A stretch of DNA of 63,982 nucleotides, the filler included, from Octopus bimaculoides (Eukaryota), in the NCBI RefSeq assembly GCF_001194135.2. It is 9 parts of 8 records of this genome, joined end to end, with 100 filler letters (N's around TTAATTAATTAA, not from the genome) between each part and the next. Parts side by side here need not be neighbours in the genome. Positions count along the whole stretch, not along the records: positions 12,019 to 14,345 come from NC_068987.1; positions 14,446 to 43,970 come from NC_068984.1; 7 more parts are not named here. One strand, given 5' to 3'. Under the pieces are notes generated by a model. It had not been told where the DNA came from. It was given only the letters and a program-made list of their open reading frames with translations, and searched no databases. Within the stretch, counting starts at the first letter, position 1, and each line of letters starts with the position of its first letter. Positions 12,019 to 24,729 of the stretch are shown here, piece after piece. The position numbers and the translations under genes were made by a program.

Positions 12019-14318
12019 CTTACATAGATAAACTACATTTCTAACTCTCGCATTAGGGCCTTCAAACTTCAATCTTCTGGGGTTGACCTCTGTTACTGTA
12101 ATCAAATTTCGATTATCATTACCATTACCACTATTATTAATACCGCTATTATTATTATTATCATTTATATCAGGGTTCATATCGCTATCCACCCCTATTT
12201 CTTTTGATTTAAGTATTTTAAAATTATGAGCTGCAATTATTTGGGCTAAGTTCATAGTGTTTGAAAAACCAAATCTAATGGTATGTGTATTAATAATTTT
12301 ACCATAGTGTGAATTCTTTGGGAAATGTCTGCTTATCACTTCTCTAAACTATGCAATCAAGTTAGATTTAATATTCCTACCAAAAGGGACTATGAACCAA
12401 ACATTATCATCTTTAGTATTATCACAGTCACTAGTATAATTCTTTTAAAATTTAAAATTATCTATGTTACGTTTATGGAAATTCCTAGGTTTTTCTTCCT
12501 TATTTCCACTAAGTTTATTCTTATACCTATTATTCTTATCTGTCTTAACGTTGTTACTATCAGTTTCAATATAGTAAACCTTCTCTTTGTATCCTGCCCT
12601 ATTTAATGCCGAATTATAGAATTGAGCTTCATTATCAAAAACCTTATCATTAGCAGATAATCTGGAGAGTCTTAATGAAATATTTTAAACTAAATTATCA
12701 ATAATTTTTCTAAGATGGTTACTCCACTTATTTATATATTTTAGGTTAGTTAGAGGTTTATGATATGGTCTATATGTCTCATTTTAAATATCTAATGTCA
12801 CATCCAAGAAATTTGCTACAGAAATATCGTCTTCATAAATGATGTTCATCCCCATTCTACGAAAAAATCTAGCCAGTCTACCCTTAATCCTCTGTAGTTG
12901 TTGGTTGGAGCTATTCCTTATATATAGAAGACAGTCATCCCTATATAGACCTCCCCTAATCATAGGAAATTGATCATTCAATTCATAAAGAATGAAGGAA
13001 CCCACCATATCAGCTATTTGTGCTGAGTCAGAGCTCCCCATGGGGACATCGAAAGCATCTGGTGTATCCTTACGTATCCATACCTTATCATTAAAACTCA
13101 CAAAAAGATTTTCTAGCAGCTGATATCACTTTAAATTCTTCTCTAGTAAGCCCAGCCTTCTTGTGAAAAAAACATATTGCCTTATTCAATATGATCGGGT
13201 TAATGGATGCATAAAAATTAGCTATATCAAATTGAATGAATTTAGTATTTTTCTTGTCCTCAATAGAATTAAACCATCTGATGACTTGGTCTATACTTGA
13301 CCATAAATTTAACTTCAACTTATCAACTATTGTAGTTATGTGCTTATTAATGATATTTTTACTTAGTATCCCTATGTCCGATTTTGTTGGGCAGATAAGC
13401 CTTAAGGATGGTTGTGTCCAAAAATTCATTTTGTGATCTTTAAGAATGAATCTCGGTTCTTTTGGTATCAAGAGTTCCGTCCTATCTGTTAGGTTGTATT
13501 TTTCCATTGTCTCTTTGGTTTCCATATTTTGCTTCTTAAGTGTATTTTTATTTGTTACCTTATAACTCTTTTCAATTTCTTTTTTCAGTAAATCTTTGTA
13601 GTTTTGTCTGGTTAATTTATAAATGTTTCCTGTTTTGTCAGATTTCACCAGAATTCTGTCAGTGTTCCTTATTTCCTTAGTGATTCCTTCTAGATGTCTT
13701 AACTGCTGGTTCATGTTTGATGATTTATTAAATTTAATGTTCTTGACTACAGACAAAATGTCTTCTTCAAATTTGTCTAATTTGTGGTTATATGGCGGAT
13801 TCCTTCTAGACTTAAATAATCTCTTGTATCTTGATTCATCTTTAGACATGTTATTGGGTTGTTCTTTTTTATCAAAAAAGTGTGCCCTCCATCGAACTCT
13901 GTTTATAAAAGAATGTGTTTTTTGGATGAGCTGCTTAATATAGATCTTTTTTGGTGGAATAAGGATGTCTTTCATGGATGCGTCGATGTTAAAAACCTTC
14001 ATTGATAAACGATTAGGTAGCTGTGTCTACTATAAGACGAGTGGCAGTATATATTTGTTCATAGAAAAACATGTAATCGTTACCAATATAGCAAGAGATT
14101 TCACCGCAAAAAGTCTAAAGTAGACTCCTTAAGGATCGTTCTCTTTGGTTATATATCCAAAGTTTTAAATTTAAAAGAGAGTTTTGACTCTAATATCCAT
14201 TATTATTTAAATTTATTCCTATGTCAACATTTCTGTATAAGGCTATATTTGACTGTCAAATTTAAGTCAAACATATAATTTGCCTTACACACGTCTTCAG
14301 GGAAAAAAATTTTAGGCC
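12019..14318 (-). mobile_element. Near-full-length Penelope-like retroelement (RT + thumb + start of C-terminal GIY-YIG), probably Hydra clade; frameshifted and decayed
   Basis: ORF 13091..14002 has N-terminal FNIDASMKDILIPP...RVRWRAHFF, KSDKTGN, KDHK, RLICP and motif A FDIANFYASI. After a frameshift, ORF 12784..13101 has FDVPMGSSDSAQ, catalytic LYRDDCL and NFLDVTLD. Manual translation of 12780-12340 gives YRPYHKP..YINKWSNH..RLSRLS..YNSALNRAGY..VWFIVPFG. ORF 11971..12339 has SRHFP..KIINTHTIRFGFS..IIAAHNFKIL..NVVYLCK, then a gap. The presumed 5' end abuts (TA)n at 14319. Clade call is from recalled motifs only. Confidence 0.85.
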
Positions 14319-14468
14319 ATATATATATATATATATATATATATANNNNNNNNNNNNNNNNNNNNNNNNNNNNNNNNNNNNNNNNNNNNTTAATTAATTA
14401 ANNNNNNNNNNNNNNNNNNNNNNNNNNNNNNNNNNNNNNNNNNNNAAAAGAATATATATATATATATA

Positions 14469-14890
14469 TCATCATCATCATCATCATCATCGTTTAACGT
14501 CCGCTTTCCATGCTAGCATGGGTTGGACGATTTGACTGAGGACTGGTGAAACCAGATGGCTACACTAGGCTCCAATCTGATTTGGCAGAGTTTCTACAGC
14601 TGGATGCCCTTCCTAACGCCAACCACTCAGAGAGTGTAGTGAGTGCTTTTACGTGTCACCCACAAGAAGGCCAGTCAGGCGGTACTGCCAATGGCCACAC
14701 TCAAAATGGTGCATTTTATGTGCCACCCGCACAAGAGCCAGTCCAGGGGCACTGGCAACGATCTCGCTCGAAAGTCCCAAGAAGGCCAGCCAGGCGGCAC
14801 TGGCAACGGTCACGCTCAAAATGGTGCATTTCATGTGTCACCTGCACAAGAGCCAGTCCAGGGTCACTGGCAACGATCTTGCTCGAAAAA
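14469..14890 (-). mobile_element. 5'-truncated copy of the same RTE 3' UTR with (GAT)n tail and an internal ~115-bp duplication
   Basis: (cat)n-cgtttaacgtccgctttccatgctagcatgggttggacg..; homologous to the reverse complement of 19720-20000; two units at ~14660-14890. Confidence 0.75.
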
Positions 14891-15038
14891 TTTCATGTAT
14901 ATATGTATATATATACATATACATGCATACATATATATATATGTATATAATTATTCAATATTAACAGTTTTTTATTAGAAAATCAAGAATTTATAGAAGG
15001 CTGTAAAAGAAGTGCTCAAACTAGTTGAGACATAGGTA

Positions 15039-15157
15039 CAAAGTTAATTGCAGAATAAAACCGTAAGGTCATTGACTCAAAAAGCCGTAGCCCACCAATG
15101 ACCACATATAAGAAGTACAGAATAAAACCTAACGGTTTTATTCTGCAATTAACTTTA
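15039..15157. mobile_element. TA-flanked MITE
   Basis: aaagttaattgcagaataaaaccgt(a/t)agg arms of ~29 bp with 1 mismatch. Confidence 0.75.
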
Positions 15158-15162
15158 TATAC

Positions 15163-15200
<38 letters not shown>

Positions 15201-16671
15201 TATATCATTATATGACTGAACACATCTATATTATTATATGACTGAATGCATCCCCTTCCAAGTAAGTTTTATCTTAATAATTCTGATGCACACTCTATAC
15301 AATCTTTTTTACATATATATAAGTATGTATATGTATAAAATATATTCTTTCAAAAAATAGCACTTTGTGACTCAGAATGTTATGTACACAGAGCTTTGAC
15401 AGTCATGTGATGAGTTAGATATAAATCTTTTCACTCAAACCATTGTCACAAATATGAATTTTTGTTTTTTCCTGTATATTTTCTGGTGTTGCCTTCTGGG
15501 TTGGTAAAGTAATACATCATCGCCATCACTATCATCATCATCGTCATTGTTGTCATCATCATCATTATCTTTGTCATCATTATTGTCACCACCACCACCA
15601 ATAATCATCATTATGATTTTGTTTAAGGTGGAAAACTGGCAGAATCATTAGCACATTGGAAGAAATGCTTAGTGGTATCATGCCTGTTACTATGTTCTGA
15701 GTTCAAATTCCACAGAGATTGACTTTGCCTTTCATCCTTTTGGGGTCAATAAAATAAGTATCAGTTGAACATTGACGGCAATGTAATCAACTCATCCTCT
15801 CCCCTAAAATTGCTGCCCTTGTGGCAAAACTATTATTTTGTGTCTGCTTTCCTTGCTATCATGGGTTGGCCATTTCAAGAAGATTTAACAAATCAGAGAA
15901 CCACATCCTGCTTCAGTGTCACTATTTTGACATGATTTCCATGACTGGATTCTCATCTGAATGCCAACCACTTGACAATGTGTAATGGGTGCTTTCCTTG
16001 TGGCACCAGCTCTAACAACGTCTCCCTGTAACTTGCAAAACTGAAGAGCATCCTCAACTGAGCGGCTGCTCTTCTAAGTAGGTGAACAGAATCTGAGTTC
16101 TTTCTTCTACTTCTTTTCTGCTCATAGTTATACCACGAAATTACGATGATGGAAAATTTATGTAATAACTCCTACCATCACTCAGCTGATAGCAAGACAT
16201 TCACAACTCTTCTCATACCTCTCCTCCCCACCTGCAAACATAATGAAGTCAATACTCATGATAATCATTTATTTATTCAGTATTTTATAATCCTAACTGA
16301 GCAGGCAATCAAGTAGTTATTGGATAAGAAAATGTATGAAAAATGAAATAGTAACTAAGGAAACTAATAATGGTCAGCATCATAAAATACAAACCAGGAA
16401 ATATGATTAACTAAATTAGGAAAATTTTATGTTCCATATTGAAGGTAGAAGTTTGGGTTGTGGAGTTCACTCCACAGCCACATGGTTCTAGGTTCAATTC
16501 CACTGTTTGGTACTATAAGCAAATATTTTCTATCATTACTTCCACCTGGATATTCAATATCTAACAAATGGTATTTGTGAGTGTCTGTCTGTCTATGTTA
16601 TATTATATTGTATTATTCTCTAAATGTAAAAATGGTGGTATTGAATTCTTTCTTTTGCAATTCCTGTTCGG

Positions 16672-16890
16672 ATGGATTGGTCGTGTTTGTCATCAGAATG
16701 AGTGACAAAAGAATTCCAAAAATCCTTATGTATAGCCAGCTCCATGCTGGAAGGAGAAACATAGGAAGATCATGGCTAAGGTACAAAAACATTCTATTTT
16801 TATTTCTACTGTCAAGAAATGATGTCAGCAGTGATTGACCTGTGAGAGACATATAACCAAGGATGCTATAGTTCTCAAATTCAGAAGTAA
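16672..16890 (+). mobile_element. RTE-clade LINE C-terminal fragment
   Basis: VIRMSDKRIPKILMYSQLHAGRRNIGRSWLRYKN matches the RTE post-RT motif RM.D.RIPK.L.Y.EL..G.R..GRP.LRYKD. Confidence 0.7.
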
Positions 16891-17180
16891 CAAAATAAAG
16901 TACACTAAATATAGATACATTGGTAAGCTATTACTACTGCTGTCATTGTTGTTGTGTAATGTCAGCCACCACCAAAATAAATAAATAAATGAATAAATAA
17001 GTAAATGAGCATGTAATCAAAGCATTTCATTTCCACTGCAGATGGGATATATAAATGTTTAGAAAGCTGACTCAAGTATAACTCAATGAGCATGCTTATT
17101 TGTTTGTAAGTTCTGTAGGTCCTGTGCATTTCTCTTTTATATCCATCAAAACCAAATGAAATCGTAGTTGTACCCATCAA

Positions 17181-17364
17181 AAGAAATTAGGTTTCTCAAA
17201 ATCAGAAAGGAGAAAGCTGATTTGAAGAATACAGATCCAATCCATCACTAGAACTGTAAAAATCTGTAAGTTTATCATTTAAGTATATATCAAGCTGTCT
17301 AGACATGCAACTATATGCATGAGTATACATACATAAAACAAAACATACAAATCTGCACATACAC
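17181..17364 (+). mobile_element. Second copy of that R4-type 3' end
   Basis: Aligns over ~180 bp to 58931-59125 (ttaggtttctcaaa..cagatccaatccatcact..gcatgag..taaaacaaaacatacaaatctgca). Confidence 0.75.
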
Positions 17365-17861
17365 TGACTTCAATTACTGCGCATATATACACAAACATGG
17401 AAAAATAACCTGTTGATGTTGAAATTTCAATGAAAGAGCCTTGGATCTAAGTTAGAAACTGGCTCTTCCTCCATTGGCAAGAAATCTTGAAATAAAACTA
17501 AAAATGACATACATACATACATATATACCTACATATGTGTTCGTACAAATATATTTAACATGCTTGTGTTCACTTGGGCATGGGTTGATTTTAGCTGTGG
17601 AAATTGTTTGAGGGAAAATTTTCCTTCTAGAAAATATGTGAAAACACACTGTTGGATAATGAATGACATCATTAGACCATATGACACGTATATTTCTGTA
17701 TTGTTACTCTTCATCAGCTATGACCGCCAGATCCATCATGCACTGCTGTTCTTACATTTAAACAGTGAATAGCACATTTGTTGATGCGCACAAAAGTTTG
17801 TCAAGGGGAAATTATTTTACTAGAGGCTCTGTCAATTGAATTATAGGTGTGTTCACTTATA

Positions 17862-18504
17862 TAAAGTGTCCCAAAAGTCACTGATTAATTTCAATTCTTA
17901 ATAACCTCTTTAGCTTTACATATAAATGCATGAAATTTTGATACAATATAAAGAACATAATGGAAATTAATATGCATAAGTCAAAGTTTGCAACACCACA
18001 ACATTACATATGAAAATGACGTTGCTTAAATGGCAGCCATTTTCGGCTTTGCAGACCTGTGCTCTTTCCAAAATTTGCACCATAACACCCTCAAGAGTTT
18101 CAGACCCCAACTTCTCTGATTTTTCTATTGATGTTCTCCTTCAGTTGCACCAAGGTTTCTGGTTTGTTGATGTAAACCATCTCTTTCAGGTATCTCCACA
18201 AGAAAAAATCTGAGTTAGTCAAGTGTGGGGAACGTGAAGGCCATTCAAAGTAGACCTGCACACAGCAAGATGGGGTAACTGCTTATCCTGTAAGAGAAAC
18301 AATGCAGTTGTTATGGCAATGCTTTGGAGAGAGAATAATCTCCCTCTACAGCAATGTCAACTGGCCTTCACGTTGCAAAATTTGACTTGTGCATATTAAT
18401 TTCCATTATGTTCTTTATATTGTGTCAAAATTACGTGCATTTATTTGTAAGCTTAAGGAAGTTATTTAAAATTGAAACCCATCAGTGACTTTTGGGACAC
18501 CTTG
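17862..18504. mobile_element. Non-autonomous maT/DD37D-like Tc1-mariner element, copy 1 (two transposase 3' ends in inverted orientation)
   Basis: TIR (C/T)AA(G/A)GTGTCCCAAAAGTCACTGAT. The left arm encodes the C-terminus on the minus strand; QQDGVTAYPVRETMQLLWQCFGERIIS..WPSR is on the plus strand at ~18260-18372. Confidence 0.85.
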
Positions 18505-19065
18505 CATTTAACTCATTCATGTATGCTTAGGTATAGAAAGACGTTTTGCTATAGAAATTGTCTCAGGAGAAAATTCTACTATATATGTATGTGCGCTTGT
18601 GTGAGTGAGTTCCAATTTCCTTCTCTAAACATATATGCTTGCTGATTGAAACAAAAGTTTCACTAACAGTGTCATTTGCTTGCAGACCACCACAAAAGAG
18701 TGTTTGGGCTTCTGGATATGTCTTGGTGTGTTGTGCAATATTTGTAAATAAAAAACTTGTTCAGACAGTATCATTTGTTTCCACTTTAACACATAAATAT
18801 GTCGAAGCTGATTGCTGCTTGAAAAACTGGAAAATTATTACTTCACTTGGAAATAAGCAAGGGTTGGTGACTGGAAAGGCATTTGGCAGTGGAAAACTCT
18901 GCTCTATCGTATTTTGAAATGACCCAAAGTTTCATGGAAAACTAGATGGTAAAACTGCATGTGTTTATCTATCACCTATCTATCTGTCTATCTATCTATC
19001 TATTTATCTATCTATATATATATATATATATACACATGTATGCATACAATATGAANNNNNNNNNN

Positions 19066-19108
<43 letters not shown>

Positions 19109-19110
19109 CA

Positions 19111-19292
19111 TTCCCTCAACTGCTAGGGTGTGACACTTTTTCACACAGCTGTCCTTGTTCATTCACAACACATGACCATACCAGTGCAGATGTGAGGTGT
19201 GCAAGAGAGATGACTGTGTTGGTATGGTCATGTGTTGCAAATGAATGAACGCAGCTGTGTGAAAACGTGTCACACCCTAGCAGTTGAGGGAA
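19111..19292. repeat. Fold-back element with ~70-bp arms
   Basis: ttccctcaactgctagggtgtgacac.. / ..gtgtcacaccctagcagttgagggaa; first 26 bp are perfect; ~35-nt loop. Confidence 0.85.
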
Positions 19293-20030
19293 CTTGTGGA
19301 AGAGGTATTTGTGGGATGAGGTGGTGAAACATGACCTTCAAACATAGTGCCTCACCGAGGTAGTGACTAGTGACTGAGACCTTTGGAGATATGCTGTTCT
19401 TGAGAAGACCCGACAAGCCAAGCGAGCCCATAACCTGTGGCCTATGCCAGTGGGTGTAACCAGCCCACTTATGAGTGTCCCTCATTCATTGGACAATAAA
19501 CTTTGCTTGCGAAGACCTGTTGAGGCAAGTGAAATCAAAATCAAAATCGTTGACGACAGTACCGCCTGATTGGCACTTGTGCCACTGGAATGTTAAAAGC
19601 ACTATCCGAGCATGATCATTACTAGGGCTGCTGATTGACTCCTGTGATGGTGGCAAGTAAAAAGCACCATATGAGCATGATTGTTGCCAGCATTGGCTAA
19701 CTGGCACATGGAAAAACAACATTCGATCATGGTCATTGCCAGTGCAGCTGGACTGGCTCTTGTGCAGGTAACACATAAAAAACACCTTTTGGGCGTGGTC
19801 ATTGCCAGAACCGCCTGACTGGCCCTTGTGCCCATGGCACATAAAAGCACTCACTACACTCTCAGAATGATTGGCAATAGGAAGGGCATCCAGCCGTAGA
19901 AACTTTGCCAGATCAGATTGGAGCCTGGTGCAGCCTTCTGGCTTGCCAGTCCTCAGTCAAACCGTCCAACCCATGCCAGCATAGAAGGCAGACGTTAAAT
20001 GACAACGACGACGCTGATGAAGATGATGAT
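19293..20030 (+). mobile_element. RTE-type LINE 3' end: last codons, long 3' UTR and (GAT)n-like tail
   Basis: WDEVVKHDLQT..LTEVVTSD.DLWRYAVLEKTRQAK, then a UTR ending gacgttaaatgacaacgacgacgctgatgaagatgatgat. Confidence 0.7.
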
Positions 20031-20498
20031 ATATGTGTGTGCATGTGTATCTTATGTATGTCTATATGTAATTGAACATAAGGCATTTCCTACAGAAAGT
20101 AAAACAAAAAAGCAATATCTAAATTTATTTTACAACCACAGAAGACTCTTATATAGTCTACAAGTAACAGTAATTTTCTTAATCTAAATTCTGCCATTTA
20201 TTGACTAGAATTGGAGCCGGTAAAATTTAGTTTATTTATAAATTCAGTAAATTGTAAAGCAATGTTCAAAAGTACAAATACAAAAAGAACAAAATGTAGA
20301 AGAAAGAATTTCTTTTTACACACCTACCAAATTTCTTTTATCATACTTAACGAATTTCTTTAAAGATATCTACAAAATTTGTATTGGTAAGCGAATGTAC
20401 ATGTGTTCCATACTTATATGTGTATTTACTGGCATGTCTGCCTGTGTATTTGTACATGCTTGTGTATATCAGTTCACATGAAGCACACACACACACAC

Positions 20499-20543
<45 letters not shown>

Positions 20544-20711
20544 CACACATATATATACATATACATACATATATACATACATGCATATATACATATGTAT
20601 ATATATTTATGTACATAAATATATCTCTTTGTATGTATGTGTGTATATATGCATATCTGTATGTGTATATATATATGTGTGTGCATGTGTGTCTATATAT
20701 ATATATATATA

Positions 20712-20759
<48 letters not shown>

Positions 20760-22122
20760 TTTTTGCTTGTATGCATGAGTGTATATATATGTTTGTATAT
20801 ATCTGTTCTTGTGCATGCTTGTTCATCTGCATGCATGGTGTGTGTGTGTGTGAATGTGTTTGTTGTGTGTTTGATTGTCAGTGTGTGTGTATGTATGCAT
20901 GGTGTGTATGTATGCATGGTGTGTATGTTTGTATGTATACAGGTGGCACAGTTGTTATTGCNNNNNNNNNNNNNNNNNNNNNNNNNNNNNNNNNNNNNNN
21001 NNNNNNNNNNNNNNNNNNNNNNNNNNNNNNNNNNNNNNNNNNNNNNNNNNNNNNNNNNNNNNNNNNNNNNNNNNNNNNNNNNNNNNNNNNNNNNNNNNNN
21101 NNNNNNNNNNNNNNNNNNNNNNNNNNNNNNNNNNNNNNNNNNNNNNNNNNNNNNNNNNNNNNNNNNNNNNNNNNNNNNNNNNNNNNNNNNNNNNNNNNNN
21201 NNNNNNNNNNNNNNNNNNNNNNNNNNNNNNNNNNNNNNNNNNNNNNNNNNNNNNNNNNNNNNNNNNNNNNNNNNNNNNNNNNNNNNCTTGAGAATGTCTT
21301 TTCCACCAACCTGCTACTTTGTTGCTTGTTTGCTTTGGTTACTGCACCCACACACATCTTATCCACCCCCACCCCCTGTGATATTCTCATTAAAGTGTAT
21401 TTGTATGTAAAAGGAAAGATATCCAACTGCTACAACAATAAATACATGCTCTAGTAAACAAAATGTTACTAGATCTTTTCTAATAAAGTTGAGTTTAACA
21501 TACTTTCTGCATTTTTTTTTCATCTTTTTAGGTTTTGTTTCTTTTTTTTTTTTTTTCTCTGCTGTGTTGTTGGAATATTGCCACATGTTGGTTATCACAC
21601 TATTTTTTTTCTAATGCCAATGTAGCATAAAAAAGTAGAACTTAGGTAAAAAAAAATATCTATGATATTATAAATGGTTTTTACATCTATCATGCCATAG
21701 TGAATGGTATTTGATAGCTTAGTAGTAAAGAAATACAGAATGAAGAGCAGATACTTATGAATTAGGTAACCATAAAAATGAGTGGTTTGATATCACCCCT
21801 ACAAGTGGCAAAAATGGCCTTTTAGGGATCCTCTTTTCACAGTTAGAAAATTTGAGATGACAAAGAAATAAACAATGATGTTACGAACTTCATTAGTTCT
21901 GATGAAGCTATAGGGTGATACTCAAGCACTCAACTATGAATGCATTGCAACTTATAGCAGCAACAACTGTAAGCGAATGAAGTTCCTCATATAATTGTTT
22001 ATTCCCTTGTCATCCCAAATATTTCATTACTGTTCTGTATTCAACTGAGGATTCATTCTGAAGAATATGTATATTGAATTCTAACACCAGCTAACTAGTT
22101 TTGCAATTGCCTAAGTAAAATA

Positions 22123-22361
22123 TTGGGTTGTCCGGAAAGTTCCTGCCGATTTATAGTAGCTTACCTTTCGACTTATTTGCCATGAAACCACCTCAATTCT
22201 GGGAAGAGGGTATTTTCAAGTTAAAAGAAAGATGGAGACGCATTGTGCAACAAAATGGTTCACGTTTGGTCAATTAAAAATGTAATGGCAAGTATTTATT
22301 GACCTTTTTCTTTATTTATTGACCTTTTTAAAAATCGGCATGAACTTTCTGGACAACCCAA
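22123..22361 (+). mobile_element. Mariner-derived MITE, TA-flanked
   Basis: 30-bp TIRs TTGGGTTGTCCGGAAAGTTC.TGCCGATTT; internal remnant KPPQFWEEGIFKLKERWRRIVQQNG. Confidence 0.9.
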
Positions 22362-22672
22362 TATATATATGTACNNNNNNNNNNNNNNNNNNNNNNNNNN
22401 NNNNNNNNNNNNNNNNNNNNNNNNNNNNNNNNNNNNNNNNNNNNNNNNNNNNNNNNNNNNNNNNNNNNNNNNNNNNNNNNNNNNNNNNNNNNNNNNNNNN
22501 NNNNNNNNNNNNNNNNNNNNNNNNNNNNNNNNNNNNNNNNNNNNNATATATATAATTAACATAATATGGTAAAAATTCGATATTAATTAATATCAATTTA
22601 ATACCAGGAAACTAGCATTTTAAAAGAATCAGAAGGTTCATGAAAAAATTTTTTGGGAGATCCTAAAAAGAT

Positions 22673-22789
22673 TATAGTACTTGTGTATATAAGATTGATC
22701 AGTGACCGGTCTGTCAATTTTTTAAGTGAGCTTCTTCTAGCATATTGACAGACCGGTCACTGGTCAATCTTATATACACAAGTACTATA
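22673..22789. repeat. Near-perfect hairpin: 46-bp arms, 25-nt loop
   Basis: 22673-22718 versus 22744-22789, one mismatch (a G-U wobble on the plus strand). Confidence 0.9.
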
Positions 22790-23649
22790 TATATATATAT
22801 ATATGTAACACTGTATATTTAATTATTTCTAACTCACACTGTGTTGGTAGAGTAGTAATTATACTAAGTTTAGGTACTAGCTAATGTATTGATGATACTA
22901 AAGTTAACTAGATAAAATCATGTGGTGAAGAAAAAACAGTATTAACCAATGACCAATTTTATATTCATTATTTCAGCAAGGAGTTATATTTGGACATGTT
23001 TTTGTTTCATCAAAAGGACATGTTTTGGTTTCATTAAAAGACAAATAAAAATACTAATTACTCCATACTTATACAAGTAGTTTTAGAAGAATCACTTAGT
23101 AAATATATCGGATCATACATTGGTTTCTACAGTAAAAATAACTTTTTAAAGAGTAAATAACTCAGAAATACCATAAGTAAGAAAATGACACATTGATTAT
23201 GACAGTATTACCATATTTAATGCAAGGAGTATAAAAAATTAGATCTTCTCAAGCCTACTTGGATTTTTCTGATATAAAACATTACTATACCAGACCAAAG
23301 CTTTGTTGAAAACTTTTTGTGCTTCTTGATAGGTCAGAGAATGTCAGAGAATAGTTTGGTTATATTCATAACCAAAATCTTGAAAATTATGGCTGGAAGA
23401 TGTTTTATCCATCTGTAGGTGCTTTTCATCTGGGTTGTTATATTGCTGGTATCTGTTCAGCTGAAGAATTAGTCATGCTCAGGACCATGAGTTTGTGTTT
23501 CTAAGACTGAACATGTTTCAGGTACTCAATTTAACAAATATTTTGCTTCTAGAATAGTAGGAGGGAGCTAACCTAACATTTTAGATAGATAGATAGATTG
23601 ATAGATCAATAAATCGATAGATAGATAGATAAATACATAGATAGATAGA

Positions 23650-23993
23650 TAGATAAAGACACCCTTTGGTCATGACTGACTATGGGCTTGCACCTAGAAA
23701 GTTCCTCTCCAAGGTACAAGTCTGGGCAAGGTTGTTTATGGAAGACCAGCAGTTGCTCATGCATACCAGCCTCCTCTCTCCATGCCACTGATGTTGTCCA
23801 AGGGAAAGGCAAAGGATGATACAATTTGGCACCAGTGATGTTGCAGCCTATTTTTGCAGTTGAGTGAACTGGAGCAACATGAAATAAAGTGTCTTGCTCA
23901 AGAACACAACACAGAACTCAATCCAGAAATTGAACTCGCTACCTCATGATTGTGAGCCTGACATTCTAACTACTGAGCCATGCACCTTCACTT
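23650..23993 (-). mobile_element. tRNA-derived SINE family E
   Basis: Head gtgaaggtgcatggctcagtagttagaatg..gagttcaattt; central gtgttcttgagcaagacactttatttca. Confidence 0.8.
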
Positions 23994-24729
23994 CAGATAG
24001 ATATAGATATAGGTATATATATTCAGTTGCAGGATTTGTTAGAATTCAGGTGTTTTACTGAGTATGATACTAGAAAAAGGGTGTGTTCTGGGCTTACAAT
24101 ACTTAGTTGTTGTTAGTTAGCCATATGCTTCAAGAATGCATATATATGCCTATAGGGTAATCTGTATAAGAGTACATGCAGGCAGATGTATGTATGCATA
24201 TGTAGGTACCTGATCCAATATAAACTATAAGTCTGACCTCAGGATGGTGCCAAGCATAGTAAATTCATAAAGAGATGCACAAGTGGAGTTTAAAATTCAC
24301 AATAGTTGGTTCAGGAGCATTTTGTTGATGGATACTTAGACCACATCATGACAAAAATCCCCTATCTTCACGTGATTTTACATCAACAAATAGGTAGATG
24401 GTGAATTTACTTACCTGTCTGTTTGTTTGTTTAAAATCATGTGAAGATAATGAATTTTATTGATTGGTCAAGTGAAATCTGGTAGGAAGAAACACTTTAA
24501 ATACACTACTCTAAGAATTCAAGAAGACTATCATACATGGATTAAGTCCATGTTGCTCGTTTCTGTTGTAGCCAACACTGCATATCTTGTAGAAGAGATG
24601 CTTGATGCCATTGGCCAGAATGACTATCTAATTCATGGACATATCAACATGATTTATGTTCTTGTGTAACTACACTCAAGATAAGGTATCTGCAACACTT
24701 TCTCAAAGAGCTGCTGCTGTTGCAGGATA

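Noticed and set aside
12340-13101. Selenoprotein-type PLE (as reported for some Naiads)
   Set aside because: The in-frame stops I read are TAA/TAG rather than TGA, there are frameshifts, and the domain order is RT then EN, unlike Naiad.
13236-13943. Plus-strand ORFs of 66 and 106 aa
   Set aside because: They are antisense shadows of the PLE ORF.
14270-14305. Hammerhead at the Hydra-like PLE 5' end (CTGAAGA on the minus strand)
   Set aside because: It has no GAAA (GCAA instead) and no stem I partner.
24460-24669. 69-aa ORF between the inverted SINEs
   Set aside because: TTG start, no motifs and no splice support on the plus strand.
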